Source: Candidatus Colwellbacteria bacterium CG10_big_fil_rev_8_21_14_0_10_42_22 (GTDB lineage Bacteria; Patescibacteriota; Minisyncoccia; UBA6257; Colwellbacteraceae). Taken from it: DNA of 64,000 nucleotides. The position numbers and the translations under genes were made by a program. The stretch covers positions 17,456 through 81,455 of the forward strand of contig PFAH01000005.1 of NCBI GenBank assembly GCA_002773725.1, read 5' to 3'. Positions 20,265 through 28,663 of the stretch are shown here, in pieces; within the stretch, counting starts at the first letter, position 1, and each line of letters starts with the position of its first letter. Below the pieces are notes generated by a model. That model saw only the letters and a list, made by a program, of their open reading frames with translations, was not told the DNA's origin and searched no databases.

Positions 20265-21557
20265 ATGAGGAAGAAAATATTAAACCTATTTAATTTTCTT
20301 CTTAAACATCTCGCGAGAGCAACTATCAGGAGACGCAATCCGAGAATTATTGGTATTACAGGTAGCGTGGGTAAGACATCAACCAGAACGGCCATCTATA
20401 CAGTCCTTAAACAGGCCGGTCTCAATGTGCGAGCTGCGGGTGGTAATCTAAATAATGAAACGGGTTTTCCCCTAGCTATTTTAGGGAATTACAACAAACC
20501 AGGTGGAGTTTTGTTTCTTTCGAACGCAATTCTAAAAGGATTTTTTGCACTATTTTTACCAAACATTAAATATCCTAAGATATTAATCCTCGAATACTCG
20601 GCCGATAAACCCGGTGATTTGGACTATCTCATAGATATAGCAAGGCCCAATATCGCTGTTGTGACCGCGATAGGAACGGTGCCCGTGCACGTAGAGTTCT
20701 ATAAGGATGTCGAACAGGTGGTTCTAGAGAAATCTAAGCTTGTTGAGGCAGTATCCCCAGGCGGAACAATCGTTCTCAACCTAGATGATCCAGACGTAGT
20801 TCAAATGAAAGGGAGATCTGGAGTAAGAACTAAAACTTATGGTTTTGATGCCAACGCAGATGTTCAGTTGAGCAATTTTAAAAATTTAACAAAAGACAAT
20901 ATTCCATTAGGAGCCAGCTTTAATATCAGAATTAGTGGAGAATCAGTAGGAACTGTTATTGAAGGCGCCCTAGGAAAATCTCAGGCATATTCTTCGGGCG
21001 CCGCCATAGCCGTTGGAAGTATCGTTGGTCTGACTTTGGGCGAAATGAAGAGAGCGTTATCTAAATATAGGGGTGAAAAAGGAAGAGGGCGTATCATAGA
21101 GGGCATCAAGAATACCTACATAATAGACGACACATACAACGCTTCTCCAAAATCTACTCAAAATGCCCTAGAAACCCTAAAAGACATTAGCGCCAAACGC
21201 AAAGTAGCGGTCTTGGGAGATATGTTGGAGTTAGGAGAATATAGTCAAAAATCACATCAAAATCTCGCAGAACTTGTGGTTAGTGCCGTAGATATCCTCA
21301 TTACAATTGGGAAAGATTCGCGTCTTATTGGAGAACAGGCAAAAGAGAAGGGATTGTCTCCAGAAAATATATTTCATTTTGAAAGGTCTTTAGAGGCGAT
21401 AGATAAACTTAAAGAAATTTTACGAGAAGAGGACGTAATTTTAGTTAAGGGTTCACAGTCAATTCGTACTGAAAAACTAGTCAAGGCAATTATGAAAAAT
21501 CCACAAGAAGCTAAATCTTTATTAGTTCGCCAATACGGCAAGTGGTTGAAAAGCTAG
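20265..21557 (+). CDS. murF: UDP-N-acetylmuramoyl-tripeptide--D-Ala-D-Ala ligase
   Basis: GITGSVGKTST, N.NNE.G.PL, IDDTYNASP, LGDMLELG, LVKGS. Confidence 0.92.
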   Translation: MRKKILNLFNFLLKHLARATIRRRNPRIIGITGSVGKTSTRTAIYTVLKQAGLNVRAAGGNLNNETGFPLAILGNYNKPGGVLFLSNAILKGFFALFLPNIKYPKILILEYSADKPGDLDYLIDIARPNIAVVTAIGTVPVHVEFYKDVEQVVLEKSKLVEAVSPGGTIVLNLDDPDVVQMKGRSGVRTKTYGFDANADVQLSNFKNLTKDNIPLGASFNIRISGESVGTVIEGALGKSQAYSSGAAIAVGSIVGLTLGEMKRALSKYRGEKGRGRIIEGIKNTYIIDDTYNASPKSTQNALETLKDISAKRKVAVLGDMLELGEYSQKSHQNLAELVVSAVDILITIGKDSRLIGEQAKEKGLSPENIFHFERSLEAIDKLKEILREEDVILVKGSQSIRTEKLVKAIMKNPQEAKSLLVRQYGKWLKS

Positions 21558-22303
21558 ATTTTTTTAATCAGATTTTCAGCGAGGTGAAGATCCTCTAATG
21601 TATTGACGCCCACGCACTCTAATGGATCTATATTTATAGAATTAATCATCTCGCCATTTTCAATGGCTATATGAATTAAATCAGTAAGATAATATTCTTC
21701 GGCAGCATTATTTTTGTTCAGTTTTTTGAGATTCTCCCAGAGCCAGCTTGTATTGAAACAATATAGAGCTGGGTTAATCTCCATTATCTTAAGTTGCTCT
21801 TCGCTAGCATCCTTTTTTTCAATAATGGCGTCTATATCTCCATTTATATTTCTCACGATGCGTCCAAAACTATAAAATGATTTTCGCCAATCTTCATAAT
21901 TCTCAACTTTTCCGGTGGCAATTGTGATAGGGGAATCGTTTGATTCGTGAGATTCTTTTAATCGTTTAATCGTTTCTGGTTTTGTGAGAGGCACATCGCC
22001 ATTAAGAACAATTACATTATCCACACTTTTATCTACTGCCCCTTGGGTACAAATAACTGCATGTCCCGTGCCAAGCTGTTCTTTTTGTAAGACATATTCA
22101 TATTTATCACCTAGAACTTTTTTAACTTCTTCTGCTTGATAGCCAACAATTACAATAGGTCGTGAGTCAATCTTCGATTTTTCTACAGATTCAAGTAAAT
22201 GTAATATCACAGGTTTTCCCCTAAGCGGAGTTAACACCTTAACGATATCTGAGTTCATGCGAGTGCCCTTACCAGCAGCCATCACTACTATGCGTGTTTT
22301 CAT
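21554..22303 (-). CDS. GlmU-like nucleotidyltransferase (N-terminal domain only)
   Basis: MAAGKGTRM.S...KVL, Q.EQLGTGHAV, GDVPL, EYYLTD, GVN; no left-handed beta-helix domain. Confidence 0.88.
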   Translation of the reverse strand: MKTRIVVMAAGKGTRMNSDIVKVLTPLRGKPVILHLLESVEKSKIDSRPIVIVGYQAEEVKKVLGDKYEYVLQKEQLGTGHAVICTQGAVDKSVDNVIVLNGDVPLTKPETIKRLKESHESNDSPITIATGKVENYEDWRKSFYSFGRIVRNINGDIDAIIEKKDASEEQLKIMEINPALYCFNTSWLWENLKKLNKNNAAEEYYLTDLIHIAIENGEMINSINIDPLECVGVNTLEDLHLAENLIKKI

Positions 22304-22325
22304 GTAAAAGATATTTTAACACAAC

Positions 22326-22636
22326 TGGCGGAGGGGGAGGGATTCTTCCCTCTCGGCCCAACTCTCCGGATTGGTTGCCGGGAGCAATCCGCCGAAACTT
22401 TAGTGTAGGCGGAGAACCCTCGAGGCAGAGCGGAGGGGGCGGGACTCGAACCCACAAGTCCTTTACAGGACTACTTGTTTTCGAAACAAGCTCCTCATCC
22501 AGCCGGATCCCCTCCGCTCTGCTCCTAGGTTTTCCCGCCGCCGCTTCGCTGTGGCGGACTGCGATTTGTAGTTGAACCTACTGTTCAAACAAATCGGGAG
22601 CAAAACCAGCGCGTTCAACCGCTCTGCCACCCCTCC
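22326..22636 (-). tRNA. interrupted tRNA-Ser scaffold (likely TGA) with inserts in the anticodon loop, variable arm and T-loop; may be spliced or may be a pseudogene
   Basis: Segments GGAGGGGTGGCAGAGCGGTTGAACGCGCTGGTTTTG | AAAACCTAG... | ...CTCGAGGGTTC | GAATCCCTCCCCCTCCGCCA reassemble a Ser-type cloverleaf with CCA. Confidence 0.7.
22431..22515 (-). tRNA. tRNA-Ser(CGA), nested in the variable arm of the interrupted tRNA
   Basis: GGAGGGG A TCC..GGA G CTTGT TT CGA AA ACAAG, long variable arm AGTCC/GGACT, GTGGG TTCGAGT CCCGC, CCCCTCC G. Confidence 0.85.
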
Positions 22637-22664
22637 GTTCTTTAATAAAAATGCTTTTTAATAC

Positions 22665-23099
22665 TTATTTTTGCAAGTTGTTAAATTCTCCTGCGAAATA
22701 GTCTCGAGCAATTCTAATAAAAAAAAGAGAGGGGTTAGCGTTCAGAACATCTTCAAGATTGTTGGCTATTTCGAAGCCCTGCCCTTCATATACTTCGAGC
22801 TTAGACTCATCTACGTTTTCGACCAAGAAACAATATAAATCATTATCCTCTCCGTCTACCTCCTTTGTTCGCTCATATTTCTTTACAAATATCAGGTCTT
22901 CCTTATTAAGATTTAAATTTGTTTCTTCGTTTATCTCCCGAAGAGCTCCTTTCGAAGGGGTTTCTCCCAATTCAATGGTGCCTCCAAACGTAGTGGCTTT
23001 TCCGGGGTTTGTTATGTTCGGCTTGTTGTCGCGACGTTGAAGAATGATGCGCTTGTTACGATTGGTTAATAATATCTCTGCACTTGGCCTATTTCTCAT
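22665..23099 (-). CDS. NUDIX hydrolase
   Basis: Nudix box FGG.IE.GETP..GALREINEETNL; start placed at MRNRPS because the longer ORF overlaps a tRNA. Confidence 0.9.
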   Translation of the reverse strand: MRNRPSAEILLTNRNKRIILQRRDNKPNITNPGKATTFGGTIELGETPSKGALREINEETNLNLNKEDLIFVKKYERTKEVDGEDNDLYCFLVENVDESKLEVYEGQGFEIANNLEDVLNANPSLFFIRIARDYFAGEFNNLQK

Positions 23100-23103
23100 G
23101 ATG

Positions 23104-23174
23104 TGGACCCGGGGGGAATCGAACCCCCAACTCATCCATGCCATGGATGTGTGTTACCGTTATACCACGGGCCC
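23104..23174 (-). tRNA. tRNA-Ala(GGC)
   Basis: GGGCCCG/CGGGTCC acceptor with G3:U70; CATCC AT GGC AT GGATG. Confidence 0.92.
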
Positions 23175-23187
23175 CCTTCAAACTTCA

Positions 23188-23862
23188 TTATTCTAAAGAC
23201 ATTCTAGCTATAATGTCTAGTTCTAATTGTATTTCTGTCCCACCCCCAATAATCACACATACTCCTTTATAGCCACCTTTATTTGTTTTCTTTCCTTTTG
23301 TTCTGGGGTCGGGCTTGGTCTTATAAAAATTCTTTTTAGGAATATTTATTATTTTAGACCAATATGCTATTAACTCTTCGAGGTCTTGATCGACCCTGTA
23401 GTTAATTCTCGCACGGAGGAGCGTATTATCAATGTTATAGCATCGATTTAATAATCTAAGATAAATTTTTACGATATCTGGGTCAGCGCTTCCTAAGGAC
23501 AGGCCACGATAAGAACTCCATTTAGATCCTTCTCCTAAATACAACATTGCGAGTGCGATCTTTGCGGTGTCTTCGTCTTTGATAAAGTTGGTAAAAGGCT
23601 TGTTCTTATTCTTTAGTGAATTTAAATACTCCTTTCGTTTATTTTTGTTTGAGGTGATCGCAGATTCGCGAGCCTTCAAAAGATTTTTAGATGATAGTTT
23701 TGCGATTCTTTCTTGCTGTTGAGGAGATAGGCTAATGTTCTTACACCAATAGGCAAGAGTACTTTTAGGAACTTGTGTTTTTAACATTTGTTGAATCTCA
23801 GAATAAGTTTTTCCTTGTCGTCTCAGCCTAGACGCTTCTTTTCTCAGGATTTCATATTGCAT
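23188..23862 (-). CDS. HTH plus degenerate LAGLIDADG-like protein next to tRNAs
   Basis: N-terminal LR..GKTY.EI...VPKSTL..W HTH; AMLYLGEGSK helix; YWS.I..IP; Y.GVC. Confidence 0.6.
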   Translation of the reverse strand: MQYEILRKEASRLRRQGKTYSEIQQMLKTQVPKSTLAYWCKNISLSPQQQERIAKLSSKNLLKARESAITSNKNKRKEYLNSLKNKNKPFTNFIKDEDTAKIALAMLYLGEGSKWSSYRGLSLGSADPDIVKIYLRLLNRCYNIDNTLLRARINYRVDQDLEELIAYWSKIINIPKKNFYKTKPDPRTKGKKTNKGGYKGVCVIIGGGTEIQLELDIIARMSLE

Positions 23863-23984
23863 TAATATATTGTACCATAGAACTTCTTGATGTGTAATAA
23901 GGACAGTTGTTTTTTATTTAGATAGAGTCAGAATTTGTGCCCGTTGAAAAAGAAGCTTGTGGAATATATGCTTTATGCATCTTG

Positions 23985-24073
23985 GGAGGGGTGGCTGAGT
24001 GGATGAAGGCACCAGTCTTGAAAACTGGCATGGGGTTTACGCTCCATCGAGGGTTCGAATCCCTCCCCCTCCG
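23985..24073 (+). tRNA. tRNA-Ser(TGA)
   Basis: GGAGGGGTGGCTGAGTGG..CCAGT CT TGA AA ACTGG, long variable arm, GAGGGTTCGAATCCCTC. Confidence 0.94.
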
Positions 24074-24164
24074 CAGTGACAACCTAGTATCGGAGCTGAC
24101 CCGAGAGTCCTGATGAATTGAAGGTTTTGCGTTATCCTTCTATTAGTAAAAGTTTATATCCCAT

Positions 24165-25799
24165 ATGCCAGATTTATCCAACAAAGAACATATGGATCGG
24201 CTCAAGAAGTTCTCGCAGAAGATTAGTCGAGAGTCTTCTATACCCAAGAAATTAGTTGTTGCTGGGCCTGGTGCCGGTAAGACAAAATCTTTTAAAGCAT
24301 TATTGGATGCGCAACCTGCGGATAGTGGGGTGTTGGTATTAACTTTTCTGGGGAATTTAAAGAGGGAGTTGGAGAGGGATCTTGGGCATGCATCGTCAGT
24401 GTTCACGTTCCACGGGTACTGCCATCACTTACTCAGGAAATATGCCGTACTTCGGAGAGGATTAAGTAATGACTTTTTCTACTGTCCAGATTCCCTAGAA
24501 ATAATTAGAGAGGACTGGAAAGTCTTGAATAATGGTGAACCCCCGGACTTTATTTCTCCTCTCCGTTCAAATTTGAAGAACGAACTAACAGAGTTCTACT
24601 TAGACCGTAGTGATTACTACGATGCAATTGGTTTCGACGACTCTATCTTCAGGATTTATCACTCCCTTGCAAGCGAGCCGGAGATTGACTTGTCATACGA
24701 CCTGATACTCATCGATGAATTCCAGGATTTCAATAAACTTGAATCTGATTTTGTCGAGCTGATAAGTAGCCTTGGCCCAATAGTAATTGCGGGGGATGAC
24801 GACCAAGGTTTATACGAAGATAGGTTAGCAAGCCCAAAACATATAAGTGATCTGTATTTGGCGGCAGAATACAAGAACTATGAACTCCCGTACTGCACAC
24901 GGTGTACAAAAGTTATTGTTGATAGTGCAAATAAATTTATGCAAGAGTGCGAAGCCAGAAATATTATTAAGAATAGGATTCCGAAAAAGTTTGAATACTG
25001 CCCCCCGATCAAAGAGATTGATAGCAAACAATATACCTTCATCGAGGTTGTAGAAACATCAGTACAAAGTGGGTCAGTGAATTACTTTGGTCGTTACATT
25101 GAAAGAGAGATCAGAAGTATTCTGCCGGACGATATTGCCAAGTCTCGTAGCGAGGGATTTCTGACTGCATTAATTATCGCCTCTAATCCGTTCCGGCGAG
25201 CTATTGAGGACCACTTTCGGAGTAACCCCGACATTGAGTTGCAAAGCTCCAAGAATGATTTTGAGCCAGTAGATAGAGATACCGCTATAAGGAAGCTCGC
25301 TGACTATCCGAAATCAAATCTATGGTGGCGATTCATTCTCTCGTACGATAAACCTGAGGGCTGGCAGGAGATAGTGAAAGGCAGTACCTCAAAAGATGCG
25401 CTTATTGGACTCGTTCCCGATGAATTCAGAAATTCTGTTTTAGAAGAAGTAAGGGGTCTACGATCACGAGATAGAGCAGATAAAACACCCCAGCCAATAG
25501 ATGAGACAAAGCCCTTAGTAAAAATAGTGACCTTTGAAGGATCAAAGGGGCTTTCTGCTTCGCATGTTTTCATAGCTGGAATGCAAGACGGTACGCTCCC
25601 CAGGAATCCTAAAGAGCCGAGTCATATTGACGCAAAGAAGTTCTACGTTGCACTTACGCGCACTAGGAAGCATTGCCATATTCTTTTCTCAAGAAACTTA
25701 GGAGGTTACAATAATGGCAAACCATCAATCTTTCTCGACTGGATAGATGACGGTAATAAACGAAGTTTGTACGCAGACAAAACATACTTTAATAATTAG
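24165..25799 (+). CDS. compact UvrD/Rep-like SF1 helicase
   Basis: AGPGAGKT, TFHG, LIDEFQD, GDDDQ.LY, SKGL, YVALTR. Confidence 0.88.
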   Translation: MPDLSNKEHMDRLKKFSQKISRESSIPKKLVVAGPGAGKTKSFKALLDAQPADSGVLVLTFLGNLKRELERDLGHASSVFTFHGYCHHLLRKYAVLRRGLSNDFFYCPDSLEIIREDWKVLNNGEPPDFISPLRSNLKNELTEFYLDRSDYYDAIGFDDSIFRIYHSLASEPEIDLSYDLILIDEFQDFNKLESDFVELISSLGPIVIAGDDDQGLYEDRLASPKHISDLYLAAEYKNYELPYCTRCTKVIVDSANKFMQECEARNIIKNRIPKKFEYCPPIKEIDSKQYTFIEVVETSVQSGSVNYFGRYIEREIRSILPDDIAKSRSEGFLTALIIASNPFRRAIEDHFRSNPDIELQSSKNDFEPVDRDTAIRKLADYPKSNLWWRFILSYDKPEGWQEIVKGSTSKDALIGLVPDEFRNSVLEEVRGLRSRDRADKTPQPIDETKPLVKIVTFEGSKGLSASHVFIAGMQDGTLPRNPKEPSHIDAKKFYVALTRTRKHCHILFSRNLGGYNNGKPSIFLDWIDDGNKRSLYADKTYFNN

Positions 25800-27124
25800 C
25801 TCATGTCTCCTAAAGAAATCTGCATGTTCTGGTAAACAAGCCTACTCCTCAAATTTGCCAGTAAATCTCGCTTCTCACTAACACTCCCTTCTCTGAGCAA
25901 ATACTTCGCATAGGTCTTGAGGTCTATGTCATCTGTGTTTGCTTCCTGCTCGCCATTACCCAAGACAGCGTTTTGGAATTTGTTGAATCTCTTTACCTCC
26001 TCCTGCAACTTCATCTTCATTCCTAACTCATTGATATTTAGTTCATCAACAATCTTTAGTAATTCTTTAATTAGCTCCCCCTCACGAATGTATTTGTTCT
26101 TGCAGTACCTGTCTCTCCCTCGCGTACACCCATAGTAGACATACTTAGCAGTAGTTCCATCTCGCAATTTCTTATATTTCTCTTCGGCCGTTATACCAGA
26201 ACCACATAATCCACAAACCATAAGCTTCGTGAAGGCAAACTCTTTGTTTTCTCGCGTAATCTGGTCGCGTTTCAGATGTGCCTGCACTTTCTCAAATAAT
26301 TCCTGGTTGATAAGGGGCTTGTGTTTCCCTTGATACCAGTTGCCACTCTCTCGCGGATACTCAAAGGTCCCATAGTAGAAAGAATTCTGAAGTGTTCTAT
26401 AGATGCCACTTAATGTGAGCGGCTTGTTTCCTCTCGTCTTAAAGTTCATCTCAAATCGGAGCCAGTGATCCACTTTCCTCCCACTCCACATCTCATACGC
26501 TACTTTCTCGAACATCTGCTTCACGATTGGTGAACGTACAGGATCAATGACTACGTGGCCCTTCTTATCCATGCGATTTTGATTGAGATATCCCAATGGA
26601 GCCACTGTCGGCCAGAGACCCATCTCGCATCGTGTTCGCAATCCTCGTTTAACGTTAATGCCTCTATGGTCATTCTCTAGCTTAGCTTGCGAGCCGAGAA
26701 TCATAAGAAGAAACTTCTCATTTGGGTTGTCTGTAAATCTTTGTCCGTACGTCCGTATTTCGAGAAGCAGCTTCTGGTCCATCAAATCCACAATCGCTCC
26801 AAGGTCCCCAGCGTTCCTGCTCAACCTATCTGGTGCCCACGTTAAAATACCGTTGAATTTCTCCTGGCGAATATCTTCAAGTAGCTCATTAAAGATGATG
26901 CGTTGCCCAGTCTCCTTTGCAGAATGGCTCTCACGCTTCATTTCTACTATCTCTAAGCCCTCTTTCTCTGCGAGTTGGAGCATCTCCTTAACCTGTGATT
27001 CTATCGACAAAGCCTGTCTTTCTTCAGACTCAGATGACTTGCGAGCATATAGGCAGTATTTAACTTTCTCTCGAATCTCTGTGGGGGTAGTCCCCGGACG
27101 TTCTGTTACGGCTGTGTCATCCAT
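25796..27124 (-). CDS. large serine recombinase (resolvase, recombinase and Zn-ribbon domains)
   Basis: YARKSS (catalytic Ser), DRLSRN, APLGY, H.PLI...LF, CG.CG...YY.C. Confidence 0.93.
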   Translation of the reverse strand: MDDTAVTERPGTTPTEIREKVKYCLYARKSSESEERQALSIESQVKEMLQLAEKEGLEIVEMKRESHSAKETGQRIIFNELLEDIRQEKFNGILTWAPDRLSRNAGDLGAIVDLMDQKLLLEIRTYGQRFTDNPNEKFLLMILGSQAKLENDHRGINVKRGLRTRCEMGLWPTVAPLGYLNQNRMDKKGHVVIDPVRSPIVKQMFEKVAYEMWSGRKVDHWLRFEMNFKTRGNKPLTLSGIYRTLQNSFYYGTFEYPRESGNWYQGKHKPLINQELFEKVQAHLKRDQITRENKEFAFTKLMVCGLCGSGITAEEKYKKLRDGTTAKYVYYGCTRGRDRYCKNKYIREGELIKELLKIVDELNINELGMKMKLQEEVKRFNKFQNAVLGNGEQEANTDDIDLKTYAKYLLREGSVSEKRDLLANLRSRLVYQNMQISLGDMS

Positions 27125-27187
27125 ATATACATGAATGACACACCTTCACGGGGCGTCCAGAGAGCCTAGTTGGTAACTTGTAGGTAA

Positions 27188-28663
27188 TTAGATCTTGTCC
27201 ATTTTACCAACTGCCCACGCACTCGTTCTTGCTTCGATTGCCGCGGTGACTGCTATCACAAGCGCATCCACTAAATCATCGTGCCTTTCTGTTCCGAAGC
27301 CGATTAATTGTTCGATGAGTTTTTCGCACCCTTCCATAGGGAATAGAACACGTCCTGATTTAATCCACGCAGAAATCCCTATAAGCCGGGTGCGTTTGTC
27401 CTGTGTTCCTATTTTCACCCCTTTAGCTGGGAAACCGTCCTGTGCAAGTTGCTGTGGGAGGGAGCGTTGATATGCCACATCCTCTACAAGAGCTTCAACT
27501 GGTTTTCCGTCACCGAGCATCGTTGCGTAGTACTTCTCCTCATCGAGAGTTGTTGGAAAATCTATTCTCTTATTGATTGGGTGAGGATGAACATACACCA
27601 CTCGTTGTTTGTCGTGACCGAAGAGAGATACGCCAACTATAGCAGTATAGTCGGCTGTTTCGCGTTCGGAGATAGCAAGATCTATTCCCATCTTTGTCCA
27701 GCGGTATTGGTATCCCTCACGAGGGGGCATCGCATCGTAGTGTTGAATCCATTCCCGCTTAATGACTTGATCTCCAGGAGGGACGATCACCAAAAGAAAT
27801 TCTCTCTTCCAAGCCTCCATACTCCCAATTTTCTTGCGTTCAATCTCAAGCGATTCCTTGTCAGGATATTTGCCAAGCCAGAGGGACTTGCCGTTATCAT
27901 CAACTACTGGATGTGTTCTGAAGATTCCAGTGAGCCGACCATCTTGGATTTCTCTCTCTAGGCGTTTTAGAAGTGAATCTTCGTGGAGGAGGTTGCCAAT
28001 GACTATCATCTTTGTGTTTTGGTCTCCAGCGGGAAGAATATCGCCCTTAAACTTCTGGTATGTCTTATCACGCCCTTCCTGGGTGCGTGTCGACTCTAAA
28101 TCTTCTACATCATCAACAACGATGAGGTCAGGACGATACTGCTTATGTTTCACGCCACGAATACGCTGATCAATTGAAAGAAAGACTATCTTCGCGTCAT
28201 ACCAAGGGAGGTAGAGGGTGTAGTTACCCCATTCATCGCTTTCTTCTTTGAATGGTCCCATATCTCGCCTCAAGAGACTGTTATCTTCTAGCTCTCGTTT
28301 AAGGTTCATGAAGCTGTACTTTGACTGGTGCTGAGTGTCATTGATGACGACCACAAACTTCTTTTTTAGTCTTCCAATAATTGCCCATATAGGGAGAGAG
28401 AGTGAGCAGATGGTGGTCTTCCCGGATCCACGAAATGCTACTGTAACCAGAAAGGAAACCTTCTCATCTCCCGTTAGAGACAAGAGTTCTTTCTGGAAGT
28501 TCGCTGTGGAGTGAGTTACGTGATCTCGCAGATAGATGTGAAAGAACCAAAAGTGACTCTCTCTACCAAGAATTCTGCGGAACGCAGGCTTCTTTATGGC
28601 TCTATCAATTATTGCTTTGAGAACTCCTTCTTTATTCATCTTCTTCATCGTCTTTCGGCTCAT
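27188..28663 (-). CDS. phage terminase large subunit-like protein
   Basis: Walker A FRGSGKTT, Walker B IVVDDVED, RNase H-like GIDLA and HDDLVDA. Confidence 0.85.
   Translation of the reverse strand: MSRKTMKKMNKEGVLKAIIDRAIKKPAFRRILGRESHFWFFHIYLRDHVTHSTANFQKELLSLTGDEKVSFLVTVAFRGSGKTTICSLSLPIWAIIGRLKKKFVVVINDTQHQSKYSFMNLKRELEDNSLLRRDMGPFKEESDEWGNYTLYLPWYDAKIVFLSIDQRIRGVKHKQYRPDLIVVDDVEDLESTRTQEGRDKTYQKFKGDILPAGDQNTKMIVIGNLLHEDSLLKRLEREIQDGRLTGIFRTHPVVDDNGKSLWLGKYPDKESLEIERKKIGSMEAWKREFLLVIVPPGDQVIKREWIQHYDAMPPREGYQYRWTKMGIDLAISERETADYTAIVGVSLFGHDKQRVVYVHPHPINKRIDFPTTLDEEKYYATMLGDGKPVEALVEDVAYQRSLPQQLAQDGFPAKGVKIGTQDKRTRLIGISAWIKSGRVLFPMEGCEKLIEQLIGFGTERHDDLVDALVIAVTAAIEARTSAWAVGKMDKI

Noticed and set aside
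22269-22575. ORFs 22269-22457(-) and 22294-22575(+)
   Set aside because: They overlap the tRNA-Ser locus; GC-rich shadow frames with no protein motifs
22534-22600. Canonical group I intron in the anticodon loop
   Set aside because: Only 67 nt, with no recognisable P/Q/R/S core; kept as an unexplained insert instead
24165-25799. Gabija system
   Set aside because: No adjacent GajA-like ATPase-TOPRIM gene
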